Assembly: GCA_048940445.1 (NCBI GenBank) | Contig: JBHLON010000011.1 | Coordinates: forward strand, 20,659-84,658 | Reading direction: 5' to 3' | From: Promethearchaeota archaeon | Lineage (GTDB): Archaea > Asgardarchaeota > Lokiarchaeia > Sigyniarchaeales > SOKP01 | DNA: 64,000 nucleotides | Shown here: positions 41,280-52,286 of the stretch, piece by piece | Numbering within the stretch: position 1 is the stretch's first letter | Layout: every line of letters starts with the position of its first letter | The notes under the pieces: generated by a model | The model's input: only the letters and a program-made list of their open reading frames with translations | The model's database searches: none | Told to the model about the DNA's origin: nothing | Translations under genes and position numbers: made by a program

Positions 41280-42242
41280 TTAGCGTTTTATTTTTTCTGG
41301 AAGATAAAATTCATATGGTTTTTTAAGCAATTTAGTTTTTAGGAACCGATCGAATCTCCTCACGCTTTGGAAAATTACCCATATATTTTTATCGCTTTTA
41401 TAGTATTTTTGAACTTCCTCAAGAGTTATGGGTTCAATGTTAAATGTATTTGCTTCTTCTTTAAAAAAGTTATTAATAAGTTTAATTAGCTCAGGAATTA
41501 ATTCAGATTTTTGTTCTTTGAAGAAATTGGCTATAAGATCAATAGAAACTTTTCTTAAATCATAATACCTACCAACAGTCTCTTCAAGAAAAAGTGCTTT
41601 TAATAACCATCTTAAGAAAGAGGGAGCGCTTTTTAGAAAAAGTTCTGCTTGCATCGCCTCTTTCCCATTAATTCTAAACATAGGAGTACTTGTATCTAAA
41701 TAGTACAATTTTGTATCTTTATTCACTCTTGGATGATTTACATCATAGTTGATAATTGCAAAATTAGAGATCTGGCCATCAAGTCCTAAATCGATAGATT
41801 TATTTTTTCTACTAAATTTCCATACTTTCTTTAATTCCTTCATGGCTAAGAGAACGAAAGTTTCTATATCTTCCTTATCAATGTGATGAATCACTCTATT
41901 CCCAATTGAATTAGAGTCAATTTTTTCTTGAATACAATAGAATTGAATATTCCCTTTGTGGTCTTTAAACCAAGCGACATCATAATCAGGAATATTTAAT
42001 CCCACCTCATCTTTAAGTAATCGATTATAGTTCCTATAAGCCCATATATGGCGTTTTACTTGTTCTTTATTGTCAAAAATAGGAATCCTCTTGTAAGCTA
42101 AATGCATTGGATCATCTAAAATTTCGAAAACCAAACTGATTTCTCCAAAACCTAATATCTTTATTGGAACTCTTCCCCTTTCTGGATGAACCGTGTCAAT
42201 GAATTTCTCTAGGTTCTTTAGAAGGTTAATATCTATTTTCAA
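41280..42242 (-). CDS. DUF6206-like protein
   Basis: LGFGEIS, GLDGQISN, YLDTSTP. Confidence 0.65.
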   Translation of the reverse strand: MKIDINLLKNLEKFIDTVHPERGRVPIKILGFGEISLVFEILDDPMHLAYKRIPIFDNKEQVKRHIWAYRNYNRLLKDEVGLNIPDYDVAWFKDHKGNIQFYCIQEKIDSNSIGNRVIHHIDKEDIETFVLLAMKELKKVWKFSRKNKSIDLGLDGQISNFAIINYDVNHPRVNKDTKLYYLDTSTPMFRINGKEAMQAELFLKSAPSFLRWLLKALFLEETVGRYYDLRKVSIDLIANFFKEQKSELIPELIKLINNFFKEEANTFNIEPITLEEVQKYYKSDKNIWVIFQSVRRFDRFLKTKLLKKPYEFYLPEKIKR

Positions 42243-42472
42243 TTTTAAATCACTATATACAAATAAATAAAACTTACATCTCTAAACTATATAAAATTAA
42301 CTTATCTAACCATAGGGTTTTCAAAATAATAAGAGAATTTGAGATTAGAGATTAGAATTTTATATTGATAAGAACATAAAAGGCTTTTTACTATTTGAAT
42401 TCATAAATCTACTCCATCAAGATTAAAAGTAATGATAAATAAAATCTTTCATTAAATATTTTCGTAATTAAT

Positions 42473-43057
42473 ATGAAAGAAATAGCTAATCAAATCTCAT
42501 TAGCAATTGAATTTAATCTCAATACTGGTTTATCGGCAAATAGAAAATCAATTAAAAGACTACTTTCTGATATGGAAGGAATGTACTTTGATGATGAAAA
42601 GTTAACCGAGATGGTAAAAAAAAAAGATATTATGGTATATGAGTTCTATGATTTGGGAATACCACGTGAATCTAACCAACTAGCTTATGGGACTTCTATT
42701 CTTTATCCTGGTAAAGTGGGAACTGAATATTTCATGACAAAAGGACATTTTCATTCAAAAATCAACTTAGCTGAAATTTATTATTGCATTAAAGGTCATG
42801 GTTATCTTTTAATGGAGTCCCTTGTGGGTGATGTAGAAATCCAGGAAATGAAACCAGGAATATCTGTATATGTACCACCTGAATTTGCTCACAGGAGTAT
42901 TAATATATCTAGTAAAGAACCTTTAATTTCATTCTTTACTGTCAGAGCAGATGCAGGGCATGATTATAAAACTATTGAAACCAAAGGTTTTAGAAAATTA
43001 GTTATTGAAGAACATGGAAAACCAAAAATCATTGATAATCCTAAATGGCAATCTTAA
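42473..43057 (+). CDS. pgiA: Cupin-type glucose-6-phosphate isomerase
   Basis: EYFMTKGHFH, AEIY, AHRSIN, AGHDY. Confidence 0.92.
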   Translation: MKEIANQISLAIEFNLNTGLSANRKSIKRLLSDMEGMYFDDEKLTEMVKKKDIMVYEFYDLGIPRESNQLAYGTSILYPGKVGTEYFMTKGHFHSKINLAEIYYCIKGHGYLLMESLVGDVEIQEMKPGISVYVPPEFAHRSINISSKEPLISFFTVRADAGHDYKTIETKGFRKLVIEEHGKPKIIDNPKWQS

Positions 43058-43124
43058 ATTAGCAAATAAATCATTAGTTTTTAATTTAAAAAAATAAAAT
43101 TATACTTAAAGTTACTACATTAAA

Positions 43125-43973
43125 TTGTCAATAGAAGTTTACGGGGAAGAGTTATTAATGGCACGTCCTCTATGGTTTGTTCAACTATTAAAGAAAATGT
43201 TTCCTAATGTAAAATTTATCGCAAAGTTAACCAGATTCCCTATACTTGGTAAAATTTTTGACTTTTTACTGTTTAAGGAAGATGAAATTATTTATTTACC
43301 TCTAGACAAAATTGTTGAAGTAAACGAAGAAATTGAAAAACAATCTGATTTAGTGCTACCTTCGAAGGTTTTAGAACACTTTATCAACAAATCTAAATAT
43401 CATTGGATAATGAATTTCTGTATTTGTAGGGAATCTATGCAATGTAATGATTATCCTCGTTCATTAGGTTGCCTTTTCTTAGGAAAGGCAGTTCTAGGGA
43501 TTAATCCTCAACTTGGAAGGAGAGTTTCAAAAGAAGAAGCCTTAGAACATATAAAAAAATGCAAAGAAGCAGGTTTAGTCCACATGATAGGAAGAAATTT
43601 ATTAGATAAACAATGGTTAGGAGTAAAACCGGGGTATAAACTACTTTCGATTTGCAATTGTGACCCTTGTTGTTGTTTGTGGAGAGTTTCACCAGTATTA
43701 GCCCCTCAAATTGGATCAAAGATACAAAAAATGCCTGGAGTTATTGTACAAGTGACTGATGCATGTATTGGTTGCGGTATTTGTTTAGATAATGTATGTT
43801 TTGTTGATGCGATTTACTTAGATAACGAACGGGCGAAAATTAGTGAAGAGTGTCGCGGATGTGGGCGTTGTGTGGACATTTGTCCTCAAAAAGCTATTAA
43901 ATTAACAATAGCAAACAAGGATTTCATTAGAAAATCGATAAAGAAAATAGAACGAATAATTGATGTATTATAA
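43125..43973 (+). CDS. 4Fe-4S binding protein
   Basis: CICR, ICNCDPCCC, two C-terminal ferredoxin motifs; likely start at MARPL. Confidence 0.85.
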   Translation: MSIEVYGEELLMARPLWFVQLLKKMFPNVKFIAKLTRFPILGKIFDFLLFKEDEIIYLPLDKIVEVNEEIEKQSDLVLPSKVLEHFINKSKYHWIMNFCICRESMQCNDYPRSLGCLFLGKAVLGINPQLGRRVSKEEALEHIKKCKEAGLVHMIGRNLLDKQWLGVKPGYKLLSICNCDPCCCLWRVSPVLAPQIGSKIQKMPGVIVQVTDACIGCGICLDNVCFVDAIYLDNERAKISEECRGCGRCVDICPQKAIKLTIANKDFIRKSIKKIERIIDVL

Positions 43974-43976
43974 TAA

Positions 43977-44861
43977 TTAAGTTTCAATTCCATTCATTTT
44001 AGCAAAAACTTTATATAATCCATGAGTACCTAGATTCTCTAAACCCATTGCGATTGCTGATAGGTAAAATTGATAAGCTAGTGCTAATCCAGGTAGTGCT
44101 AAATTCATTTGTTTTGCTTCCTGAAGTGCTATACCCATATCCTTTACAAAATGCTTTATAAAGAATCCTGGATCAAAATTTCCTTTTACTATTCTGGGAC
44201 CTAAATTATTGATTGACCAACATCCAGCTGCTCCTTTACCAATGACATTAATCACTTCATTCAAATCATTTCCAGCTTTATAGGCATATATAAGAGATTC
44301 CACAACTCCGATCATAGTAGAAGCAATAAGGATTTGATTACTCATCTTTGTGTGTTGTCCTGCTCCAGCTTCCCCCATGTATGCGACATTTTTTCCCATT
44401 AAATTGAGAAAAGGGAGGATCTTATCATAAACATCTTTGTCTCCTCCTACCATTATTGCAAGCGTTCCTTCACGAGCCCCAACATCACCTCCCGATACAG
44501 GAGCATCTATAGAAAAGCATTGAATCTTTTTAGCTTGTTGATAAATTCTTTGAGCTAAAGTCGGTTCTGAAGTGGTCATATCCACAATTATAGAACGTGG
44601 CTTAATACCCTTCATAATTCCCTTTTCCCCAAAATACACTTCTTCTACGTCTTTAGGGTATCCTACAATTGTGAATATAATATCACTATTTTCAGCTACT
44701 TCTTTTGGGTTGGACAACCATTTGGCTCCTATTTTAATTAAATCTTCTGTCTTTGTCTTTGTACGATTATAAACGAAAACATCATACCCTGCTTTTATTA
44801 TATGACTACACATAGATTTGCCCATAACACCAGTTCCAATCCATCCAACTTTTTGTTTCAT
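43977..44861 (-). CDS. Beta-hydroxyacid dehydrogenase (3-hydroxyisobutyrate/tartronate semialdehyde reductase family)
   Basis: GWIGTGVMG, DAPVSGG, KMSNQ, KDM. Confidence 0.92.
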   Translation of the reverse strand: MKQKVGWIGTGVMGKSMCSHIIKAGYDVFVYNRTKTKTEDLIKIGAKWLSNPKEVAENSDIIFTIVGYPKDVEEVYFGEKGIMKGIKPRSIIVDMTTSEPTLAQRIYQQAKKIQCFSIDAPVSGGDVGAREGTLAIMVGGDKDVYDKILPFLNLMGKNVAYMGEAGAGQHTKMSNQILIASTMIGVVESLIYAYKAGNDLNEVINVIGKGAAGCWSINNLGPRIVKGNFDPGFFIKHFVKDMGIALQEAKQMNLALPGLALAYQFYLSAIAMGLENLGTHGLYKVFAKMNGIET

Positions 44862-44918
44862 TTATTTATCCTCCATATTGAAAATAATTAATAATTTAAA
44901 TTTATATTAAAATGTAAT

Positions 44919-46358
44919 TTAAAAGTCATAAATACCCTTTTTAAGATTATCAATCCTTGTTCGATGTTTTAGAGCAGAAACTGCTTGTACGGTTTCTTTT
45001 ATTGAATGAAAAGTAGGAATATATGCCAATTCTAAAGATTCAATTATTAGTTCATATTTAGAAATAAAAGGCATAAAACATACAACTGGCTTATTTTTAC
45101 TCATCACTACATTAGCAACTCTTCTCCCAACTTGATGTGAAATATTTGGTGGATACGGTAATATTAGTAAGATAATGCATTCAATTCTTGGAATATCAGA
45201 TAAATAACTTATTATGTTTTCAATGTCTTGATCAAGAACAGAACCTGTGAGATCAATAGGATTACTAAATGAAGCAATCTCTCTTACAACAGGATTTACT
45301 AAATTCGACATCTCTTTTTTTTCTTCTTTAGTAAAAATAACAGGTTTCAGCCCATATTTACTTAGCATATCTGCTGCGATTACTCCATGGCCTCCTGATA
45401 CAGATACAATAACTACATCTCCATAGGTTATAACATTCTTCCCAAAAGGGTTTTTTCGATGAGCAAGTACATCATAGACTTTTAGACACGTTAATAGCTC
45501 AGTTTCTGAGTGTGGATTTATAATTAGAAACTGTTTTAATGCATGCTCTAAAATTTTGTAATTCACTGCTAAACTTGCGGTATGGGAAAGAGTAGCAACT
45601 TTTCCTTCTTTTGTTTTTCCTCCAAAAAAAGTAATAATAGTATCATCTGATTCTTTTGCTAGCTCTAAAAAGTCCCTTGCCCTTCCTTGCTTAAATCCCT
45701 CTAGATAAAAGGCAATATTGGTTGATTCTTTATCATATTTACTAAAATACTCTAATAACATTACTTCATCAACGACAGCTCTATTCCCTATCGATACTGC
45801 CGTAGATACTCCTACATGTCGTTCATAAAACTTATGAAAAAATTGATCCACCAGTACACCCCCACTTTGGCTTATCAGAGCCACAGAGCCTTTTGATGGT
45901 CGAGAAATACGTTCTGTAGGCATAAAAATTGTATCTAATAACGGAGGAGCATAAACTCCAAGACAATTAGGGCCTAAGACGGCAATATCATTCTCAAATG
46001 CGATCTTTTCTAATTTATCTTGTCTTTTTCTCCCTTCAACACCAATTTCTGCAAAACCACCACCAATTATAACACTCGCGGGGATTCCTAAGTCAGCACA
46101 ATCTTGAATATATCCTAAAGTATCATCTGGTCTAAGTGCTATAACTAGAAGATCGGGAATCTCTGGTAATTTATCTAATCGTTCATATAAGGGTATTCCT
46201 TCTATCTCACCACCACTAGGGTATATCCCATAGACTTTCACGTTCATTTCGAATTCATTTTTAACTAATACTATTCTTCCAGGGCTTAATGGGTTCTTTT
46301 TTGATATACCGACTACAGCCATCGATTTTGGTTTGAATAGTTTTTCTAAGTCCATCAT
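44919..46358 (-). CDS. ADP-forming acyl-CoA synthetase alpha-like subunit
   Basis: GGFAE, LGPNCLG, SQSG, SHTASL, NPIDLTG. Confidence 0.88.
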   Translation of the reverse strand: MMDLEKLFKPKSMAVVGISKKNPLSPGRIVLVKNEFEMNVKVYGIYPSGGEIEGIPLYERLDKLPEIPDLLVIALRPDDTLGYIQDCADLGIPASVIIGGGFAEIGVEGRKRQDKLEKIAFENDIAVLGPNCLGVYAPPLLDTIFMPTERISRPSKGSVALISQSGGVLVDQFFHKFYERHVGVSTAVSIGNRAVVDEVMLLEYFSKYDKESTNIAFYLEGFKQGRARDFLELAKESDDTIITFFGGKTKEGKVATLSHTASLAVNYKILEHALKQFLIINPHSETELLTCLKVYDVLAHRKNPFGKNVITYGDVVIVSVSGGHGVIAADMLSKYGLKPVIFTKEEKKEMSNLVNPVVREIASFSNPIDLTGSVLDQDIENIISYLSDIPRIECIILLILPYPPNISHQVGRRVANVVMSKNKPVVCFMPFISKYELIIESLELAYIPTFHSIKETVQAVSALKHRTRIDNLKKGIYDF

Positions 46359-46490
46359 ATTTAACCTTGAAGTTAGAAAGTAAAATTAAAACATAAAATC
46401 TTATTGTTTATTATTTTAGGTCATAGATAAAGATTTATTAAGAGATAAAAGAAATATGATCAATTTATAAAAAAAATATTAGGACTATTT

Positions 46491-47906
46491 ATGATTAAAG
46501 AAAATTCGCTAAAAGAACAAAAAAAATTCTCATATAAACGTGCGGTTTCATATGGGATTGGTCAAATTACTGATATTTCTTCGTATCAAGCTTTTACATT
46601 TTTAACTTTTACATTCTATTTCGCTGTTGTGCGTATTGATATATTATGGATATCTATTGGATTTATAATATGGTCAATCTGGAATAGTTTCAATGATACT
46701 ATTATCGGGTATCTCTCAGATAGAACACAATCAAAATGGGGACGTAGATTTCCTTGGATAATGCTTTCATTATTCCCTATAGCTATAATTTTAATTTTAT
46801 TATTTATACCCCCAATCACCTGGGGTATCAGTAGTGCTATTTCAAATTATGTATATTTTCTATTCATTATTATTATTTTTGAGTTATTTTTTACGATGTA
46901 TGACATTAATTTTACTGCATTGTTTCCAGAGATTTTCATTACTGTGGAAGAGAGAACAAAAGGAAATAATGTAAGACAATTATTTGCCATTATAGGTTTA
47001 ATCGCTGCTTTTATTTTACCAGGGATTTTTATTTCTAATTACACGAGCCCAAAACCTGGTGAGTATCCATTTTATGGAATGATTGTGGGTATTATAGTCA
47101 TTATACCTGGTTTGTTATTCTTGAAGTTTTCACCAAAAGAAAGAGTAGAATTCCGAGAGGAATATAAACACGCTCCAAATTTTTTCAATACCTTAAAATT
47201 TTGTGTTAAAAGCAAAAGTTTTATAAGGTATATTCCAGCAGAAATCGCGAATTGGTTTGTTTATGGTATGTTACCAGTGATTATTCCATTATATGGTGAG
47301 TTTATTTTAGGATTTCCATCTATGATAATTTCTTTATTATTGGGAGCAACATTCTTATCAACTGCAATATTTATGACTCTTTTATGGAAACCACTGGTTC
47401 AAAGGTTGGGTCCGAGAAAATCTTGGCTAATATCTATGAGTATCTGGATTATAACTTTAATTCCTTTATTTGTCTTAAATTCAAATATCCCCTTTTTAGA
47501 AGTAATAGCCTTTATTGTATTCTTTTTGATAGGAATTGGCTTGTCTGGTTCTCTCTACATCATCGATATTGTTATAGCTGATATAATTGATGAGGATGAA
47601 GTAAAAAGTGGGATACGAAGGGAAGGAGGATATTACGGAGTAAATATTTTCTTTCAAAGATTTGCAACTGTATTTGTCTTTTTAATTATTGGTCCAGTTT
47701 TTCTAATAGCAGATTACCCATATTTTACTGGAAGTTTAACTCCACAAATTGAGTTTGGTTTAAGAAGTTTAATGTTTATTTATCCTGCCATAGCATTAGT
47801 AATTGCGATAATTGCAATATACTTTTATCCTTTAGATGGTGAAAGATTAAAGCAAGTAAAAGAACAACGAGAAAAAATTCATTACGAAAAAAAATTAAAA
47901 ATATGA
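46491..47906 (+). CDS. GPH-family MFS transporter
   Basis: WNSFND..IG, WGRRFPW, ADIIDEDE...RREG. Confidence 0.9.
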   Translation: MIKENSLKEQKKFSYKRAVSYGIGQITDISSYQAFTFLTFTFYFAVVRIDILWISIGFIIWSIWNSFNDTIIGYLSDRTQSKWGRRFPWIMLSLFPIAIILILLFIPPITWGISSAISNYVYFLFIIIIFELFFTMYDINFTALFPEIFITVEERTKGNNVRQLFAIIGLIAAFILPGIFISNYTSPKPGEYPFYGMIVGIIVIIPGLLFLKFSPKERVEFREEYKHAPNFFNTLKFCVKSKSFIRYIPAEIANWFVYGMLPVIIPLYGEFILGFPSMIISLLLGATFLSTAIFMTLLWKPLVQRLGPRKSWLISMSIWIITLIPLFVLNSNIPFLEVIAFIVFFLIGIGLSGSLYIIDIVIADIIDEDEVKSGIRREGGYYGVNIFFQRFATVFVFLIIGPVFLIADYPYFTGSLTPQIEFGLRSLMFIYPAIALVIAIIAIYFYPLDGERLKQVKEQREKIHYEKKLKI

Positions 47907-47951
47907 AAAATTCTAATTTTTTTTATTTTATGCTTTAATTAAGATTAAAGA

Positions 47952-48716
47952 ATGATGATAATGAAAAATATCCGAATGGAAGAAATGAATTGGGTGGATA
48001 TAAAGGAAGCCATCAAGAAAGGATATACTAGTGTTGTTATTGGGGTTGGATCCACAGAACAACATGGACCACACCTTCCTACTCAAACTGATGCAATAGT
48101 TGCTGATATATTAGCCAATAAAGTAGCAATGAAGTTAGGGAATACATTGCAGGCTCAAACGATAAGAATAGGATGTTCTAAGCATCATTTATCCTTCCCA
48201 GGAACGATATCTTTAGAGAAAGATACGTTAAAAGCAATTATACATGATTATGTTAAAAGCCTTTCTCATCATGGTTTTAAAAGGATAATATTTATTCCTA
48301 GCCATGGGGGAAATTTTGAACCTTTAACAGAAATAATTAATGAAATACAACCTAAATATCCCGATACAAAAGTAATTGGATATACTGATTTAACAGAATT
48401 CATGAATTGTACATTTAAGGTTGCTGAGGATTTCGGTATAGGTAGAGAAGAAGCGGGAGGGCATGCAGGAGAAGTCGAAACTTCACAGATGCTATCTATA
48501 AAGGAAGAACAAGTTATAAAGGATCGCTTTCAACCGGGCTATGTAAAACCAATCGACTTAAATACACAAAAACTACTTTTTAAAAAAGGTATGGCTGTAT
48601 TATCAAAAATAGGGGTCATTGGTGACCCAACTCGAGCAGATAAAAGCAGAGGAAAAGAGTATATTAATAAATTAGTTGAGCATATTGTTCAAACAATAGA
48701 AAATTTAAGTTTATAA
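47952..48716 (+). CDS. Creatininase family amidohydrolase
   Basis: GSTEQHGPHLP, SHGGN, HAGEVETS, GVIGDP. Confidence 0.92.
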   Translation: MMIMKNIRMEEMNWVDIKEAIKKGYTSVVIGVGSTEQHGPHLPTQTDAIVADILANKVAMKLGNTLQAQTIRIGCSKHHLSFPGTISLEKDTLKAIIHDYVKSLSHHGFKRIIFIPSHGGNFEPLTEIINEIQPKYPDTKVIGYTDLTEFMNCTFKVAEDFGIGREEAGGHAGEVETSQMLSIKEEQVIKDRFQPGYVKPIDLNTQKLLFKKGMAVLSKIGVIGDPTRADKSRGKEYINKLVEHIVQTIENLSL

Positions 48717-48717
48717 G

Positions 48718-50022
48718 TTAAGATTTTAGTTTAGACAATTTAGAAATACCCCGTCCTATTCGATCTAATACTTCTTTAAGTTCCTCTTGGTTAACAATTA
48801 GTGGGGGCATAATAATTATTGTATCTTTTTTATTTCCACAATAATTTAGCAATACTCCCTCTTTTATTATAGAAATCATTGCTAGAAGACTACTTTCTTC
48901 CTTATAAAATTCAATACCCCACATTAGACCTCGCCCTCTTACTTCCTTTATAAAGTGAGGGTAACGATCAGCGATTTTTCTAAGTCCTTCTCCAAAGAAT
49001 TTACCCATCTTTTTAACATGATCCAAAAATGTAGTTTCTGACTGAATTTCGAGCATTTTTAAAGCCACCACACAACCTAATTCCGCCCCACCTGTTGTCG
49101 ATATATGAATAAATGGATCATCCTTGAATACAGCTTTTTCAATGAATGGTTTATAGCTGCATGTTGATAGAGGGTAAATACCGGCACTCATTCCTTTACT
49201 TAAGACCATAAAATCAGGAACCACTTTTTCATTTTGATATAAACCCCCATAAATAGCCCACATATACCCTGTTCTTCCAAGGCCAGCTTGAACCTCATCA
49301 ATGATCATCATAGCTCCAATTTCATCACAAATTTCTCTCACTTCTGAAAAATAGCCCTCTTTTGCGATTAAAACTCCTGCAGTTGCTGGAATTGTCTCTA
49401 AGATAACACAAGCGGTCTCTTTATTTGCCGTCTTCCTTAAAGCTTCTGCATCTCCAAAAGGAATTTGTGAAAATTCAGGTAAATTCCATAAAAAATTATC
49501 TTTAAAATTAGGGTCTCCGGTAGCTAAAGCGAACCCAGTGTGACCATGATATCCTCCTATTGCAGAAATACATCCTTTTCTCTTTGTGTAGGCTCTTGAA
49601 AACTTTATAGCACAATCAATAGCTTCTCCTCCACTCACACCGAAAGTGGTCTTACTAATGTCCCCGGGCATTAATTCTGCTAACTTTTGACCTAAAAGTG
49701 CCCTTTGTTCTGAAAGCAATTGATGATCACCTAAATCTAATCCCACATCTAGAGCTTTTTTAAGAGTTTTTACTATAATTGGATTACAGTGGCCTAAATT
49801 GAAAACACCACCAGATGATCGACAATTGTATAACTCTAATGGGGGATCTGATGGTTTTAAACCTTCTAATGTTTTAAGAATAATACCATGACGTTCACCG
49901 GGAATTAATCCTAAACCAGCATTTTTAAAAAAACGAGTCTTTGGAGCATTGACATATTTAGTATATAATTTAAGTAATTCTTTTTGTGATTGCGTACCAA
50001 TATATTTATTCTTTTTATACAT
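48718..50022 (-). CDS. Class III aminotransferase
   Basis: SGGEA, YHGHT, DEVQAGLGRTG, LSKGM; start placed at ATG 50022 (MYKKN). Confidence 0.9.
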   Translation of the reverse strand: MYKKNKYIGTQSQKELLKLYTKYVNAPKTRFFKNAGLGLIPGERHGIILKTLEGLKPSDPPLELYNCRSSGGVFNLGHCNPIIVKTLKKALDVGLDLGDHQLLSEQRALLGQKLAELMPGDISKTTFGVSGGEAIDCAIKFSRAYTKRKGCISAIGGYHGHTGFALATGDPNFKDNFLWNLPEFSQIPFGDAEALRKTANKETACVILETIPATAGVLIAKEGYFSEVREICDEIGAMMIIDEVQAGLGRTGYMWAIYGGLYQNEKVVPDFMVLSKGMSAGIYPLSTCSYKPFIEKAVFKDDPFIHISTTGGAELGCVVALKMLEIQSETTFLDHVKKMGKFFGEGLRKIADRYPHFIKEVRGRGLMWGIEFYKEESSLLAMISIIKEGVLLNYCGNKKDTIIIMPPLIVNQEELKEVLDRIGRGISKLSKLKS

Positions 50023-50084
50023 GATCCTATAAATAAATCTTGATATTAATAAAAGTTTGATGACTGAGAAATTTAAAAAAAAAA

Positions 50085-50255
50085 TTAAGTATTTAAAATG
50101 AAAAAATGGCTCCCAATGAATGACAATAAAATTAAGAAAGAACAAATTATTAAGAATATACCGATTCGTAGATTAATTACTCGTAGTTCTTTATTTATCT
50201 TTTTTAACTCCTCCAAAATCTGTTCATTTGTAATTTCATCTAACTGTGCGCTCAT
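50085..50255 (-). CDS. 56-aa tail-anchored coiled-coil membrane protein (not in ORF track)
   Basis: SD GAGGGAG; MSAQLDEITNEQILEELKKINKELRVINLRIGIFLIICSFLILLSFIGSHFFILNT. Confidence 0.65.
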   Translation of the reverse strand: MSAQLDEITNEQILEELKKINKELRVINLRIGIFLIICSFLILLSFIGSHFFILNT

Positions 50256-50367
50256 TTTACTCCCTCTATTTTAAGTTAAATAATTTAATTTCAAAATTAA
50301 AAAGAGAAAATATAGCTATTAAAAATTTCGAAAGAAAAATAGATAATAAAAAAAATTTCAAGAATGT

Positions 50368-51225
50368 TTAAAATTCATAACCACATTTTTTACATACATG
50401 CTTCTTTGCATACATAGGAATATGGCCCACATAGCTCAAAACCTTGCTTTTATCCTCTACAGTTTTAATGTTATTTCCCACTGCAGAGCACATTGGGCAT
50501 GTAATACGTTCTTCAGGAGAAAAACCACCCGTTCCAATCTCAGGAGGCTTCAATTCTTGAAGTTCGTTTTCTACCTCTTCGATATGAGCTGTTTGAGCTT
50601 GAACTAATTTATCTTTCTCTTCTAATCCTGCTGTTACTTCTTGAAGCTGACGATCTTTTTGACTCAATAATTCATTAAATTCTTGTATTTGTTCATTTAA
50701 GGTATTCTTTTCTTCTTGTATTGTTGTAAGTTTTGAATTCAATTCCTGTACTTCAGATGTTAATTTACTTAGTTGTTCTTGACTTGAAGCTTCAGCATTT
50801 TGAGTTTCATTTAATTGTTGTTCTAACTCTGAGACTCTGGCATTAGCAGAGTTTAAATCAAAAGGAAGACTTTCTAATTCAGATAATTCATTCATTCGTA
50901 AAGTAAGATCTGACTCCAACTTAGAGATCTTCTGATCTTTTTCATTTACGGTTGCTTTTGCCTGTTCCAGCGTTGTTTTAACATTATTAAATTCCGACTT
51001 TGTAGCATCTAAAGTAGAGCTAATAGAATTGAGATCATTTACCGTCTTTTCGAGAGCTGCCTTAGTCGATTTAAGATCACTTTGAGTACGACTCAACTCA
51101 TTTTTAGTTTCAGTCAATTGTTTTTCTAGATCATTTACCTTGGATCGTAAGTCCAATAAGAAGCGTCCCTCAACTTTTTGGGTTTTATCAGGATGTTCCT
51201 CAGCTTTTTGCCAATCTATCGACAC
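50368..51225 (-). CDS. Long coiled-coil protein with C-terminal Zn ribbon
   Basis: About 200-aa heptad rod, CPMC...CKKC; GTG 6 nt after GGTGA. Confidence 0.85.
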   Translation of the reverse strand: MSIDWQKAEEHPDKTQKVEGRFLLDLRSKVNDLEKQLTETKNELSRTQSDLKSTKAALEKTVNDLNSISSTLDATKSEFNNVKTTLEQAKATVNEKDQKISKLESDLTLRMNELSELESLPFDLNSANARVSELEQQLNETQNAEASSQEQLSKLTSEVQELNSKLTTIQEEKNTLNEQIQEFNELLSQKDRQLQEVTAGLEEKDKLVQAQTAHIEEVENELQELKPPEIGTGGFSPEERITCPMCSAVGNNIKTVEDKSKVLSYVGHIPMYAKKHVCKKCGYEF

Positions 51226-51446
51226 TCTATTTCACCAAATTCTAATTTTTGATTTTTTTTGCTAAAAATATATTTTTAGTATTTAAGTATTATATAAGGT
51301 ATCTGTTTTTTATTTATTTCTTTTATGAGGTATCACATATATAAATTATAGTAAATCAAAAAATTATAAACTTAATATAACAGTGATGTAAAATATTATT
51401 TATCTTGTAGTAACATTAATGCTTCAAGAAATCTATTTAGAATCAG

Positions 51447-52286
51447 GTGAATATAATGGTAGAAGATTCTAAAAACGAATTTGAAATCGAATTTTTATCG
51501 AGTTCAGGAGTGTATAAAACTCCGTTTACCTTAATTATTTTCTTACAATTATTCGTAGGTGGAATAGTTATAGTATTAGTAAATCTATGGTTTGTAAATG
51601 GCCTTTACTTTCTTTTAACAGGGAATGAATTCTATCCAATGACAACAACACCTCAATGGTATTATTGGTTCTTACTTCCATTAAATATATACGGGAATAT
51701 ATTTTTATTCACTTTTGCGGTTATATTATTTTCAGGTGTAATATTTAGGATAATAAATAAAATTTCTCCACCTAAGGAAGGTGTTTTTAAAAGAAAAAGC
51801 AGAGACTGGAAATTTATGCATAGAAGGTTTTGGACAGCTTACTTTCCAATATGGCTAGCCAGGGCCCTCCCTTTACCTTGGTTGGATATAATATGCTATC
51901 GATTTTTTGGAATAAAAGTTGGAAAAAATGTAGTTTTATATGAAGGATATGTAGACCCTGTTTTTGTAGAAATTGGTGATTTTACAATGACTTCATTAAA
52001 TATTTGTATCTTCTCCCACCTTATTTATCATGATAAAGTGATCATTAAAAAAGTTAAAATAGGAAAAGCTTGCATTGTGGGCCCCCACACCATCGTTGCT
52101 CCAGGTACTGTCATGCATCAAGGAGCTGTACTAGGAGTTAATAGTTATACGTGGTTAGGACAAGAACTAGAAGGCGATATTATTCATGTTGGAACTCCAG
52201 CTACTATAAAACTACCTATTCAAAGTGTAGAAGAATCAATAAAGAAAGCAAAAAAAGTGAAAACGGGATCAGAAAATGAGGGATAG
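51447..52286 (+). CDS. Membrane protein with hexapeptide (left-handed beta-helix) acyltransferase-like domain
   Basis: 2 TM + FGIKVGKNV...VKIGKACIVG; likely start ATG 51456. Confidence 0.8.
   Translation: MNIMVEDSKNEFEIEFLSSSGVYKTPFTLIIFLQLFVGGIVIVLVNLWFVNGLYFLLTGNEFYPMTTTPQWYYWFLLPLNIYGNIFLFTFAVILFSGVIFRIINKISPPKEGVFKRKSRDWKFMHRRFWTAYFPIWLARALPLPWLDIICYRFFGIKVGKNVVLYEGYVDPVFVEIGDFTMTSLNICIFSHLIYHDKVIIKKVKIGKACIVGPHTIVAPGTVMHQGAVLGVNSYTWLGQELEGDIIHVGTPATIKLPIQSVEESIKKAKKVKTGSENEG

Noticed and set aside
50023-50145. N-terminal extension of the aminotransferase ORF
   Set aside because: Overlaps the 56-aa gene and AT-rich intergenic DNA; ATG 50022 fits better
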